Virus record (IMG/VR): IMGVR_UViG_3300033064_001044
Location: 1,428-65,427 of that record
Length of the DNA stretch: 64,000 nt
DNA from: a virus
Taxonomy: Duplodnaviria; Caudoviricetes
Strand: one strand, 5' to 3'
A program made the position numbers and the translations under genes. Below the pieces are notes generated by a model. That model saw nothing but the letters and a program-made list of their open reading frames with translations. It was not told the DNA's origin and made no database searches. Of this stretch, positions 44,484 to 54,857 are shown piece after piece (position 1 is the stretch's first letter; each line of letters starts with the position of its first letter).

Positions 44484-46700
44484 TCAACTAAAGGTAGCGG
44501 AGGTTCCTTCTAAGCCTTTATAAGACCTAACACGCCATGGAGAATTCATAGGAACCCAGTATTTTAGGGTGTTTAGAAGTCTTGCCATTTTAATAGTCCA
44601 GTTGTCATAGCGATATGAGTATGAAGCATGGGCTGTTCCAGACCAGAAAACGCCAGAAGCCTGTGGCAATGAGCCGTCAAAATAATCGGTAGGTTTAAAA
44701 GCCTGTTCGAACTGAGCATTATCAACATAAACGTTAACCCCAGAACCTACAGTTCCAGATAAAGTAAAAGTAACTGTTATGTTGTTGGCGACTGATAACC
44801 CTTCAGGAACATACACTTGAACAAATTGTCTTGCCCAAGAAGTAGTTACTGAAACAGTTTTAGTTCCACTTTCTAAAGAAGTGGAGTCGTCATCATCTGC
44901 CACAATAGTCATGGTTAAAGTAGAGGCGGTGGATGCTTTCATATATAGAGAAAAAACATACCAATTGCCTTGAGTTAATTTAAAAACAGTTGGCAATGTA
45001 TTGCATATAGTTGAAAGACTTAGGCTTGTTTGTCCAGATAGCCTTAAAGAATATGAACCAGGCAAACCTTCAGGAACGGTGGAATTGTCTCTCGTAGTTG
45101 AAGAGTTTGTTGTCCAACCCGTAGCGTTTGTTTCAAACGAAGGGTTTCTTAAAATATTAACGAATCGTGGGGTTACAAACAAATCTACCGCTCTTGCTTC
45201 ATCAAACGTTGTTGCCGTAGCAGTTGGTGAAAATTGAATCATGTCTAGGTTATAAGAGTTTTGTGTTGTAAATACAACCCGAATACCTGCGTACACCGCA
45301 GTAGCGGGTGAAGTAACTGTTTGAGATTGTCTTTGATAAACACCTGTAGTTCCAAGGCTTGTTCCTTCAACTGAGGTGCTAATTTGCACTCCAAGGTAGT
45401 CGTACCAATAAACATAGGCTATTAAATTTCCGTTAGAATCTGAAGCAGCATGATAAGCAAATTGATAAGACGTGCTTGGTTGTACTGGTATTCCATTTAT
45501 AACAGGGTTATTTCTTCCTAAACTCATAGTAGAGGTTTTAGAAACAGAGCCAGTGGCTGCTGTTGATGCTTGATTTACGTCTGTGTTAGCGTAAGTAAAT
45601 GTAGTGGTTGAAGGGACAGATGCGACAGTAAAATTGCCGTTATATGTAGAATCAACTCCTGTAATAGCAATAGCGTCACCAATATCTAATCCATGAGCAG
45701 TGTTGAGTGTCAGTGTTGCTACGTTGTTTGTTCTTGTTTTAAACGTAACTGTTGAGGTTGAAGTTACAAAACGACCAGAGTAATTCCTGTCTACAGCGTT
45801 AGTTCCAGTAGGTCCTACCTTGTTACTTACTGAGGTTAATGTTCCATGTGTCTTTGTCCAACGCCCAATAGATTTATAGAAAGAAGAGTCTTGCACATCT
45901 AGCATTAAATTGGGAGAGATAGTTAAAGTTGGTGACCAAGTTGTTAAAGACTCGGCGTATCCCTTAATACCTAACTCAGTTCCCTTACCTTTATAAAGGT
46001 AGGATGCTTCTCTTATTAACTTTTTTCTGTTTTTAAAAGGTAGTCCGTTTTCTGGTTCCATACCTAATTGATTTGCGAATAAATTTATTAACTGTGGAGG
46101 AGTTGTTTTCTTTCCATACGATGGTGCTAACAACTCAGAATAGGTCAATAGTTGGTCATAAGTAAAAGAGAACGGTTGAAGAAAGTTGTACAAATCACTA
46201 TAAGGGTCTGAAATACCTGTGGGACTTTGTTCTGAACTTGTATAAACTTTTGGCAGTAGGTCAAACAAGGTCTTTTGAGTTCCCTTGTTTTTAGGCATTA
46301 AGCAATAAGAACGTCCTGAAAGAACCCAAATATTTGCAGAAGTAAACAACCAAATGGCATAATAAATAAACTGCCCAGCAGCAATAGGAACATTGTTTTC
46401 AGTACTACTGTCAAGAAAGTTATCCACACCGTCTGTAAAAGTGTTTCGACTAACACTTCCAGACAAGTTTGTAGTTGAAGCCTGTTCATAAAGAACTACT
46501 CCATCTTGTTCGGACTCAGGAAAATTATCGTTGTTTCTAACTAACCTAAATTTATAAAAGGTTCCTTGTGGAGGAGTCCATTGAACGGATACCTGACCAT
46601 AGTCCAACGCAACGGCAGACATAGGTTCTGCTGAGAGAACCAACCGTGGAGTTTGACCGTAATACGCTCCACGGTAAATAGCACCTGTGTACTTTGCCAC
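44484..46700 (-). CDS. baseplate wedge/tail protein (P2 gpI-like core with carbohydrate-binding-like domains)
   Basis: LFDLLP...YKGKGTELGI; NPSFE and YFDGS CBM-like motifs. Confidence 0.75.
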   Translation of the reverse strand: MAKYTGAIYRGAYYGQTPRLVLSAEPMSAVALDYGQVSVQWTPPQGTFYKFRLVRNNDNFPESEQDGVVLYEQASTTNLSGSVSRNTFTDGVDNFLDSSTENNVPIAAGQFIYYAIWLFTSANIWVLSGRSYCLMPKNKGTQKTLFDLLPKVYTSSEQSPTGISDPYSDLYNFLQPFSFTYDQLLTYSELLAPSYGKKTTPPQLINLFANQLGMEPENGLPFKNRKKLIREASYLYKGKGTELGIKGYAESLTTWSPTLTISPNLMLDVQDSSFYKSIGRWTKTHGTLTSVSNKVGPTGTNAVDRNYSGRFVTSTSTVTFKTRTNNVATLTLNTAHGLDIGDAIAITGVDSTYNGNFTVASVPSTTTFTYANTDVNQASTAATGSVSKTSTMSLGRNNPVINGIPVQPSTSYQFAYHAASDSNGNLIAYVYWYDYLGVQISTSVEGTSLGTTGVYQRQSQTVTSPATAVYAGIRVVFTTQNSYNLDMIQFSPTATATTFDEARAVDLFVTPRFVNILRNPSFETNATGWTTNSSTTRDNSTVPEGLPGSYSLRLSGQTSLSLSTICNTLPTVFKLTQGNWYVFSLYMKASTASTLTMTIVADDDDSTSLESGTKTVSVTTSWARQFVQVYVPEGLSVANNITVTFTLSGTVGSGVNVYVDNAQFEQAFKPTDYFDGSLPQASGVFWSGTAHASYSYRYDNWTIKMARLLNTLKYWVPMNSPWRVRSYKGLEGTSATFS

Positions 46701-46710
46701 TTAAAAGTAC

Positions 46711-47157
46711 CTACGCAGTCATTTGAACGGCGATGTAGTTTAACTTTAGAGGGTAGTTGTTTCCTACTTGTCCATCTGTAATTGGTGTATCCATTTCAAC
46801 TTCGTATGTAAACGCAGAAGTTGAAATTGTCTTTACTGTTCCAAACCCGTTTTTAACAGTTGTTGGGTAGGTAACTGAAACAAAGACAGTAGGGATTTGA
46901 TTAAAACGACCCCCGTCAAAAGTTTTTGTTCCAATTATTAATGAGTCTCCACCAGTAGTTGTGGCTAAATTTACTGTGCCAACTTCAATAGCGTAAGGGA
47001 CCTGTGCAGGTCTAATTATCTGACCATTAAAGGTTGCCCCACTAGTAAATGTGTTTGCAGCATTGAGACGTGCATAGTTGGTTAAATCAGGAAAGGCAAT
47101 AGCAAGGGCTTCCCATTCCGTACCGCTCCATACTCGGACTTCTCTGTAATTAGGCAT
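46711..47157 (-). CDS. tail fibre-associated protein (H-type lectin-like C-terminus)
   Basis: VWSGTEW, NTFT repeat, FNQIPTVFVS...LNYIAV. Confidence 0.6.
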   Translation of the reverse strand: MPNYREVRVWSGTEWEALAIAFPDLTNYARLNAANTFTSGATFNGQIIRPAQVPYAIEVGTVNLATTTGGDSLIIGTKTFDGGRFNQIPTVFVSVTYPTTVKNGFGTVKTISTSAFTYEVEMDTPITDGQVGNNYPLKLNYIAVQMTA

Positions 47158-47159
47158 GG

Positions 47160-47396
47160 TTACTCGCTAACTGGGGGTGTGAGATTTGTGCCGTCCCATT
47201 TCCAACCAAGTTGTGGGTTGTTTTCAGCACCACGGGTAAACTCAACAACGGTTGGGTTACTGGTAAATACGGCAGCGTGTCGGTCGTCTGTCCCCATAAT
47301 AACAACAACTTCTCCGTCTAGTATAAACGCTAAGTGTTTTGTCATATTAGAGGGTTGTTCACGTAAAACTTTTTTAGTTACTTCTGGTTCACTCAT
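47160..47396 (-). CDS. small fibre-associated protein
   Basis: AFILDGEVV...GWKWDGTNLTPP. Confidence 0.65.
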   Translation of the reverse strand: MSEPEVTKKVLREQPSNMTKHLAFILDGEVVVIMGTDDRHAAVFTSNPTVVEFTRGAENNPQLGWKWDGTNLTPPVSE

Positions 47397-47670
47397 TTGA
47401 TTCTCCTTCGGTAGATACTGTAACAGGTCCCCACTTACCTATGGGGCATGAAGCGTGAGGCAATTCAGCCTTTTTAGTCATAAAGCAACCACATTTCTTA
47501 CAAGTTTTTGTGGCTTGAATTAAAAATGGGCAGTTAAGACAGTGATTAGTATACCGATATTCAAAGGTTTCTTCGTCTACTCTTCCTATTTTAGGGTTGA
47601 GTAAATCCCAAGGACGAACTGAATCTCCTGCTTGTTTTTCTTTCCAAATATCCCAAGGTCTTTTTTCCAT
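47389..47670 (-). CDS. Cys-rich DUF6171-like protein
   Basis: CLNCPFL...CKKCGCFM..K..LPHASCPIGKW. Confidence 0.7.
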   Translation of the reverse strand: MEKRPWDIWKEKQAGDSVRPWDLLNPKIGRVDEETFEYRYTNHCLNCPFLIQATKTCKKCGCFMTKKAELPHASCPIGKWGPVTVSTEGESNE

Positions 47671-47671
47671 A

Positions 47672-48889
47672 TTATTGTCCTAACGGTTTAACAAATAGTG
47701 AGCCTATTGTACGTCCATCTTCAAAGTTACTTGGACGGGCTACAACTCCGTAACCAGTTCCAGTTTCAAAGAAGGAGGTGGTTGAATAGGTCCCAATTTG
47801 ATTGGTGTAAATGCTATCAGTAAAGGCCCTAACAGTTAAAGAGTTGCTGCTTGCAGAAACCTTTACCGCAGACCATCTTTCTGGAACAGAAACATCTGCT
47901 ACAACAGAAAACACTCCATTTACCATCTTTACAACCTGTAGATAGTAGTAGTTGGTATATGTCGTGCCTGTGGCTGTTTGGTCACATATAGTTTCAGAAC
48001 CTGCTTGGCAACAATCATAATACGGAACATTATCGAACCCGTCTGGAGAACACTCGTGCGAATAGCCTATTTTTGCATAAACTTCTCCACCAGGACAGTC
48101 TTCGTAGTAAGTTTCTTGTAATTCATACACATCGTCGTCACAGACCGTTTCAGATGTGGCTGGGTCACAGATTCGTGTCATACCTGGATTACAAACTTGT
48201 CTTATTCCAGAGGTTGTCCATTGGTAAGAACAGTTTTGGCGGTATTCGTTGTAGCACTCACCTGGAACGACTACTGTTGTACACGCACCTTCAGAAATTA
48301 AAACCCATTCATCGTAATACACAAGTTCATATCCACCAGGACATGTCCAGTCGTAAATATCTTCAAAAATGGAAACATTTGGGGGATTACAGACTAGGTT
48401 GTATCCAGCAGGTTCAGTACAAGCAGCAATACAATAACTTTCTTGATGAGAGGCTACGCAGTAAGAATAAGTTTGAGCCGTTTGATTATAGTAAGGAACA
48501 ACACCCCACCAGTTATTTGCATCCGTTACACGGATAGCAACACCTGTTCCTGGAGTTAACTCGTTGGCTTGAAGGTCAAAGTCTAAAAAACCAGCATCAA
48601 TAGAGGCTAATGGATAATCTGTTTTTGCTCCCGTTGTATTAGCGTTGTTAGAGTTAATACGCCATTGACTTCTTAGGATAGTCCACGCTTGACCAGACTC
48701 GGCAACTCCAAGAGTGTTAGTTGTGTCTGTTCTGTTAAATGTATCTTCTAACTTATCTGCCCAAAATTGTTGCCACTGACCGTTAACTTTTATGTAGCCA
48801 AATTTAGCCTTCTTCCAACCGCCATTTACTTTTGCAAATAGCCCAGAAGCAGACTTAAAGTTGCCAGATACCTTAGAACCGATAGCCAT
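47672..48889 (-). CDS. tail-associated beta-sandwich protein with a 16-Cys insert
   Basis: KVNGGW repeats and DTFNR motif typical of tail proteins; Cys-rich central segment. Confidence 0.7.
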   Translation of the reverse strand: MAIGSKVSGNFKSASGLFAKVNGGWKKAKFGYIKVNGQWQQFWADKLEDTFNRTDTTNTLGVAESGQAWTILRSQWRINSNNANTTGAKTDYPLASIDAGFLDFDLQANELTPGTGVAIRVTDANNWWGVVPYYNQTAQTYSYCVASHQESYCIAACTEPAGYNLVCNPPNVSIFEDIYDWTCPGGYELVYYDEWVLISEGACTTVVVPGECYNEYRQNCSYQWTTSGIRQVCNPGMTRICDPATSETVCDDDVYELQETYYEDCPGGEVYAKIGYSHECSPDGFDNVPYYDCCQAGSETICDQTATGTTYTNYYYLQVVKMVNGVFSVVADVSVPERWSAVKVSASSNSLTVRAFTDSIYTNQIGTYSTTSFFETGTGYGVVARPSNFEDGRTIGSLFVKPLGQ

Positions 48890-48900
48890 TAAAGGTCGTC

Positions 48901-49578
48901 CTAAGCCGTGTACTTAATCCAGATGTCTCCGTTATTACCACCAGTTGGGTCAGCAGTAGAGACCGTGATATTACGAAGTCGTGAGGTAAGTGCTTGGTCT
49001 CCTGTAAGAGTTCCGCCAGTAATTTGTAGTGTCGTGTCAGCAGTAAGAACAGCAGGTGCTGAATCTGAGTCAACCCAAATTGTTCCTGTTGGAAGTCCTA
49101 AAGCAGCAGCATCAGGTTGAGTTGATTGCATCAAGATAGGTTTAATTTCTTGGCTATTTACAAATAACTTTCCAGCAGAATCTACTTTAGTAAGAACAGT
49201 TCCAGAGGAATTTTTAAACCGAAGAAGGTCCGCAGTTTGACCTGAAAATCCTTGAAGGTTTAGAGCAATAACAGTTGAGTTGGAAGACTGGATTGTTTCT
49301 CCACCAGTGAACTTTAAATATTGGGTGTGTACATCAGCGTTAATACCGTATTCAAGATTTTGAACACGGGCTGCCAAAGTAGACCAAGTGGTAGTTCCTG
49401 TTATAAAAGTACCTACACCTGAGCCGTATCCAGCGGAAACGTGAGGCGACACTCCAACATAAGTTTCAACTGCTTGAACTTCGTCTTGCAGACTGTTAAT
49501 GTGTTCTGCAACTACTACCTGAGTAAAGTCAACCTTTGGGTCAAAGGGCTTTACGCTACTGGGATATACGGCTGGCAT
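48901..49578 (-). CDS. tail fibre-like protein
   Basis: AEHINSLQDEV, HTQY, GTIWVD, GDIWIK. Confidence 0.7.
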   Translation of the reverse strand: MPAVYPSSVKPFDPKVDFTQVVVAEHINSLQDEVQAVETYVGVSPHVSAGYGSGVGTFITGTTTWSTLAARVQNLEYGINADVHTQYLKFTGGETIQSSNSTVIALNLQGFSGQTADLLRFKNSSGTVLTKVDSAGKLFVNSQEIKPILMQSTQPDAAALGLPTGTIWVDSDSAPAVLTADTTLQITGGTLTGDQALTSRLRNITVSTADPTGGNNGDIWIKYTA

Positions 49579-49637
49579 GTTGTCTCCTAAATGTCTCGGT
49601 CTATTTTGTCGTTAAATGGGGTTAAAAACTGTCTTAA

Positions 49638-50111
49638 CTATGCGTGACTATGGCTGGTACTTGCTTTTGTTGCCATTTGTCCCTCTAAAGTAGTCACTCT
49701 TGTCTCTAAACTTTTAATTTTGGCTGCCATAACTAAGAGGGTTGCTACAAGGTCTACCTCTGTTGTGCCGTTTTTTGTACGTTCGGTAATGATGTGAGTA
49801 TTTTCTATTCCCGATAAAGACGTTGTATCTTTCAAAACTTTAATGTTTACTCTTTTGTCTTGTTTAGGCTTGCCAAAAGTTCCAGTCCAAATTGGGTATG
49901 AAGAGTCCCCACCCTCAAACATAACCCAAACACCTTCACCAATGTCAGGCACTTGTACTTTAGCAAAGCCGTTTTCTTGAGGCCAAGCCCAATCAGAAAC
50001 AAAGTCGCCAGTTAATTGAGGAACCTTAAGGGTTACTCGACGATGACCTTGTGGGTCGTTATTATCAACAACCAAGCCTCTGTAAACTCCGTAATATAAA
50101 TCTTGACTCAT
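49638..50111 (-). CDS. baseplate central spike (gp5/gpV OB-fold)
   Basis: YRGLVVDNNDP...VPDIGEGVWVMFEGGD.SYPIW; C-terminal HSH. Confidence 0.88.
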   Translation of the reverse strand: MSQDLYYGVYRGLVVDNNDPQGHRRVTLKVPQLTGDFVSDWAWPQENGFAKVQVPDIGEGVWVMFEGGDSSYPIWTGTFGKPKQDKRVNIKVLKDTTSLSGIENTHIITERTKNGTTEVDLVATLLVMAAKIKSLETRVTTLEGQMATKASTSHSHA

Positions 50112-51658
50112 AATGCCTCTAGGATAAGTGAGCCTTCAGCAAAGGAGAGGATTTCATTAGAAAGCGCAGATATTTCTGTAAGGCTTGGGCTTCCTCCAGT
50201 TTTATATAAAAACTGTACTTTACCTTTTGTAATTCCAGGAACTGTTTGCAATACATATTCAAGGTCTTGTGCAGTAATTACTGACCCAAAATCTTGATAA
50301 AAATACGAGAAGTTATTAATGATGTAGGTCTTAACATTAGACTCGGCCTCTGCGGTTGTATATGAAGGGTCTAATTTGTATTGAACGTTTAAGGTTACTG
50401 CAACATACGTTGGAATTGTATAAGTTACAGTTGTTCCCGCTAATAATTTATCTGCTAAATACGCTTTAACTGAGTCTCTTAAAGCAGTCCATTCAATTGT
50501 TGCACCATAAGGAGAGTCTGTCTCAAGACCAGGAGTTGCATCTGCATCTCCGCTGTCTCGTCTTGGAGCAAGATAAACAGTAACGGAGGTATACCCCGTT
50601 GATACCGCTTTTGCTTTTCCGCAGTTGTCCACAGATAAAGCCAAGTTTTCAAAGTCTTCCAAAGTTACTGCTCTGTTTTGTGCTCGTAAGAACAAAGGAG
50701 CATTTGCACGAATTGAAGAACTGCTCTCTGGGTCTTGACCACCAACGCCTGTTACGGCGTTAGTTACGGAAAGGTTTCCACTTAAAGCAGCAGTTTGATT
50801 AGAAGTAAGTCCTGGAACATAAGATATTGAATCTATAAGTGCGATTGATATGTTACCGATAGTTCCGCCACCAACTGTGTACTTTGCACGGACAATTGCT
50901 TGTAGAGTTGGGATAGCACCAGATATTCCATCGCCAAAAACGATAGAAACAACATTGTCTTTATCAAGAACTACAGAATATACAGAATCAGCGGGACCAA
51001 AATCTAATAGATGTTTTACTTGCGTCCACTTTTTATAATCACTACCGCTTTGTACAAAAACTTCTACGCTGTCTGAAACAATTGGGTCGTCAAAAATAGT
51101 AAAGCGTTGTTCCGAAGAACCGTCAGAAGTGCCGATAATGGCACCATAAACTGAGGAAGACTCCACTGTATTAACAGCACCTTCATAAGCAGCAACGGTT
51201 GCTTGTCCAGCAACACCACTTGCAAATGCGGGTACGCTGACTGCTACGTATGTTGTGAAGGTTACGTTTTTTACGGAAGTCCCATCTGTGACATCTGCAG
51301 TGACTCTTACACCAGCAGGTAGTTCAACAGCAGAAGTCGATGTGTTAGTAAAAGTCAAAGTTACATTAGCATTTGAATATCCTGTTGGTGTATAGCCATA
51401 GATTTCTGCCAAAGCCAGGATAGAACTTCTTTGAGTTGCTGTCGCTAAAAATCCTTCGTTAGCAATTCTGTCAATGTAGTAACTTGCCATATCTCCCATA
51501 TAAGCAAATGCTTCAACTAATGCAAGACCAAAATCTGAACTGTCTGCACCATTCCACTCAGGAACAACTCTTTTAACACGAGCAATCAACTCTTGTTTTA
51601 ACGCATAGTAGTCGCGACTTGTATAATCGACCGATGGTGGGGTTTCATTTATAGCCAT
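50108..51658 (-). CDS. baseplate wedge protein (gp6/gpJ-like)
   Basis: DYTSRDY, FGDGISGAIP, GGQDPES, RAVTLEDF. Confidence 0.9.
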   Translation of the reverse strand: MAINETPPSVDYTSRDYYALKQELIARVKRVVPEWNGADSSDFGLALVEAFAYMGDMASYYIDRIANEGFLATATQRSSILALAEIYGYTPTGYSNANVTLTFTNTSTSAVELPAGVRVTADVTDGTSVKNVTFTTYVAVSVPAFASGVAGQATVAAYEGAVNTVESSSVYGAIIGTSDGSSEQRFTIFDDPIVSDSVEVFVQSGSDYKKWTQVKHLLDFGPADSVYSVVLDKDNVVSIVFGDGISGAIPTLQAIVRAKYTVGGGTIGNISIALIDSISYVPGLTSNQTAALSGNLSVTNAVTGVGGQDPESSSSIRANAPLFLRAQNRAVTLEDFENLALSVDNCGKAKAVSTGYTSVTVYLAPRRDSGDADATPGLETDSPYGATIEWTALRDSVKAYLADKLLAGTTVTYTIPTYVAVTLNVQYKLDPSYTTAEAESNVKTYIINNFSYFYQDFGSVITAQDLEYVLQTVPGITKGKVQFLYKTGGSPSLTEISALSNEILSFAEGSLILEAL

Positions 51659-52059
51659 TATAGGTTCTCCTGATAAATAGGTTGTTTTCTAGAGATAGCA
51701 GCAAGGGCTACCACGGTTGTTTGCTCTTCTTCAGTAGGTAGTTCATACGTTATAACTATGTCTAAAGAACCCGTAAATTCGTCTGCTACAACTTCTGTAG
51801 ACACCAAGTTTAACAAAGGCAAGAACTTTATAAACCCTTGTTCAACTTCTGTTTCTATAGAAGTCGTTAAATTGCTTGCATTTCCATAAACAAAGGTTGC
51901 AAGATAGGTGCCAAAATCTGGCTCCATAACTCTTTCTCCCTTTAGAGTACCCATAACAGACAGAACTCGGTCAGACCAAATTTCAGAATAGGTAGCAGAA
52001 GTACTTATTCTTCCGTAAGAGTCTAACTTAAACGGCAACGAAATTGCTTTTTCAGCCAT
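51658..52059 (-). CDS. baseplate gp25-like protein
   Basis: GERVMEPDFG. Confidence 0.88.
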   Translation of the reverse strand: MAEKAISLPFKLDSYGRISTSATYSEIWSDRVLSVMGTLKGERVMEPDFGTYLATFVYGNASNLTTSIETEVEQGFIKFLPLLNLVSTEVVADEFTGSLDIVITYELPTEEEQTTVVALAAISRKQPIYQENL

Positions 52060-52061
52060 AG

Positions 52062-53330
52062 TTATCCTACCCATCTTCTAGAGTTCAAAGTATATCCGCT
52101 TTGGGTTTCATTAAACATAGAAGTTGGTGACGATAATGTTGGAGTAGCCGATACTCCTAGTGAATCGCCATCTTCAAGGTCAATTAAATTTAATGCTGGG
52201 ATAAGGCCAAGACCAGAAACTCGTTGATTTGTAGACTCAGCGGGTCCACTTCCTTCGCACATTAAATAACCACTACAGATGTATGTACCCACTTTACTCA
52301 TCACATGAGTAGCAGACCTGACCAACCAAATACCGTCATTGATGTCGTCAATACCCTGTACATCTACCGCTCCATAAGGAGTTATACGAGGGTCTCCTTG
52401 ACCTGACCACCACGCTGTATTTGTTAATCGTGCATTTTCGGTAGCACCTTTTGCTATTATTTTAGCGTCACTTGCAGAGTTAACAACTTTCATAGTGCCC
52501 TGATGTTCAAACAACACCTGATTAAATTTAGTTCTCATAGTTTTTTTAGTTTGAGGGGTTTGGACAGAGCCGTAAGTTTTTCCAGTAACTGGGTCAACTC
52601 CAGTTACTTGTTGTGTTCGTCTTTGAACAACGCCTTCTCCTTCAATAAAGTCTCCAGAAGTTGGCTCAAAATAATCTAAAGTTCTTTCAATAGGTGCGTG
52701 AAATGGAGGAGCAAATTGATTTTCAAAGTAAAGAACTGGGGTTGTTCCAATAGATTTTGTTAACACATCGTCAATACTTTTAAAATAAATAGTTGTTCCC
52801 TTTACCCATAAGGCATAACCCAAGGAGGTTGCTAACGTAACTAGGTACTCCCAATACGATAACCCTTGTTGGTTTAACTGACTCCATTTAGTTGGGTGAC
52901 TAGTAACAATGGCTTTCATGTTACTCTTTTTTGCAATTTCTTGAACAACTTCAGGAATACTTTTTTTCTTCCATATATTTGAGGCTTGGTTTTTTAAAGG
53001 GAAAGACCCACCAATACACGTGATTTCAACATCACTATTTACTGGAGATTTTTTAGATTTTCTAACTGTTGAGACGTATCCAGTAAATACTCCTTTTGCG
53101 GGAGCAGAGTTCGTCCAATTTACCTGCACTGTTGTTCCAGTTTTAAACCCCTTAAAGAATAAAGGCGTTGAAACTTGAAACTTTAAAATTAAAATATCGT
53201 GAGTTCTAATTGCTTGATGCAACTCAATCTCGTAGGGTTTAGTTTTAAAAGTTGGAAAGTCAGGAAAAGTTACAGTATAACTAGTCCCATACCTTGCTTG
53301 ATACCCTGCTGGGATACTGCTAATCGCCAT
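52062..53330 (-). CDS. baseplate hub (gp27/gpD-like)
   Basis: QQGLSYWEYLVTLA, GQGDPRI, GIWLVRSATH. Confidence 0.8.
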   Translation of the reverse strand: MAISSIPAGYQARYGTSYTVTFPDFPTFKTKPYEIELHQAIRTHDILILKFQVSTPLFFKGFKTGTTVQVNWTNSAPAKGVFTGYVSTVRKSKKSPVNSDVEITCIGGSFPLKNQASNIWKKKSIPEVVQEIAKKSNMKAIVTSHPTKWSQLNQQGLSYWEYLVTLATSLGYALWVKGTTIYFKSIDDVLTKSIGTTPVLYFENQFAPPFHAPIERTLDYFEPTSGDFIEGEGVVQRRTQQVTGVDPVTGKTYGSVQTPQTKKTMRTKFNQVLFEHQGTMKVVNSASDAKIIAKGATENARLTNTAWWSGQGDPRITPYGAVDVQGIDDINDGIWLVRSATHVMSKVGTYICSGYLMCEGSGPAESTNQRVSGLGLIPALNLIDLEDGDSLGVSATPTLSSPTSMFNETQSGYTLNSRRWVG

Positions 53331-53598
53331 TAGGAATCCTTATATACGTACCACTAGTGATGGTAAATGGATTAATAATCTCTGGGTTAAAGTCCATAAT
53401 TTGCCACCAGTATTCGGGTAACCCCAATAGTTTAGTTGCAACTAAATCTATGCGGTCTCCTTCTTTCCACTGGTAATAAAAAATTTCAGAGGCTTTTTCA
53501 GGGAACACTCTAAACACTGTTTGTTCAAAACTGTCTTTAGTAGGGTTATAGGCTTTAAATATGTTTCCATCCGCATATCTGCTATCTAAATAAATCAT
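53320..53598 (-). CDS. LysM-like baseplate protein (gp53/gpX-like)
   Basis: EGDRIDLVA...WWQIMDFNP...IRIP. Confidence 0.85.
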   Translation of the reverse strand: MIYLDSRYADGNIFKAYNPTKDSFEQTVFRVFPEKASEIFYYQWKEGDRIDLVATKLLGLPEYWWQIMDFNPEIINPFTITSGTYIRIPNGD

Positions 53599-54857
53599 GG
53601 TTTACTCACCTTTATATCGTAGAACCTAGAAGCAGTAATATGAAGAGTACTTAAAGTTGGAACCATTCGTTCATTAAAAATTGCGTGGTTAACAGCAACT
53701 GAGTTAATTCTACATAAATACCGCATATTGTTACCTAAATGAAATTCAACTGCAACGCCATTTAACCAACCAATATCAGAAGTCCAACCACGCAAAGCAC
53801 TTTGGTAACTACCCCAATTACCATGAACCGCTTTAAATAAATACTCTAAGTCGTACATAGTTCCTTTGTTATAAATTTCTTTTATATCGTCAGTTAATAC
53901 GGTTTCTGAGTAAAGGTCTGTAGAAGAAAAGGTTTTTCCGTTTGCACTTTTTAACGTTCCGTCTTTTTGAACGTAGTTCATGTCTTCTATACGGTTTAAA
54001 TACAAATCAAACTGTAGTCCACTTCCACCCTCTAAAGGAAGCAATGGGTTGTACTGGTCTCTTCCACTCATAAGTAGTTCTGGAGATTGACCACCCATTT
54101 GACCGTAGTTCATAGAAATAGAGGTTGGGTTGTAATGAAACCTAAATCCATACGCTTTCAATGATGTTTTTTTATCTTTAGATTGTTTTTTATAATAGGC
54201 TGCTGTGTCGGAACTCATTTGGATTACTCCACGAGTTCCTTTTAATTTAAAAGCACTAGTTAAAGCATCTTGAAACTTTTCGGGAGTTGTTCCTTTTAAA
54301 TCAGTTAAAGAAGTCTGTAATGAAGGAGCAACTGAGCGAGCATTAAAGTAAGCGTGTTGAATCATAGGGGCGTTGTATAGCCAAGTTGTTCTTGGAGTTG
54401 CAGGACCTGTTTTTGGTCCGTCTCCAGGAGGAGTCCCGTTTGCTGCAACCGCTGCAGTACTTAAAGATTTGTAATCTGTAAGGTCTTTTAAGTTATTTTG
54501 ATTTCCCTGTAGAGCAGTGTTAAAATTACTAATGTTTCCACTAAGTAAATTCATACGATTTTTTGCAGCAATTGCTTTGCTATTTGCAACGGCTAACGCT
54601 GCTTTTTTAGCAACAATGTCCCCTGCACTTGGGTTTTTTACTGTGTATTCATACAGTTTAGTAACATCATTTTGGGCAGCAATATATGCTTTTTGTTCAA
54701 TTGCGTAGTTTTTTTTCAATGTTTCAAGGCTAGTTTTTTCCGATTTAATAGCGGTTTGTAGAGCAGTAATTTCTTTAAGAACTGAAATTGGGTCTTTAAG
54801 TTGTTTATCAGATATTTTAATTCTGTAACCATACCTGGCTTGAAGTGGTGCTGCCAT
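53595..54857 (-). CDS. tail tube initiator-like protein with N-terminal coiled coil
   Basis: FRFHYNPTSI motif; lies between the tape measure and the LysM gene. Confidence 0.65.
   Translation of the reverse strand: MAAPLQARYGYRIKISDKQLKDPISVLKEITALQTAIKSEKTSLETLKKNYAIEQKAYIAAQNDVTKLYEYTVKNPSAGDIVAKKAALAVANSKAIAAKNRMNLLSGNISNFNTALQGNQNNLKDLTDYKSLSTAAVAANGTPPGDGPKTGPATPRTTWLYNAPMIQHAYFNARSVAPSLQTSLTDLKGTTPEKFQDALTSAFKLKGTRGVIQMSSDTAAYYKKQSKDKKTSLKAYGFRFHYNPTSISMNYGQMGGQSPELLMSGRDQYNPLLPLEGGSGLQFDLYLNRIEDMNYVQKDGTLKSANGKTFSSTDLYSETVLTDDIKEIYNKGTMYDLEYLFKAVHGNWGSYQSALRGWTSDIGWLNGVAVEFHLGNNMRYLCRINSVAVNHAIFNERMVPTLSTLHITASRFYDIKVSKP

Noticed and set aside
44484-49578. Diversity-generating retroelement acting on fibre genes
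   Set aside because: No reverse transcriptase and no template/variable repeat pair seen in the window.
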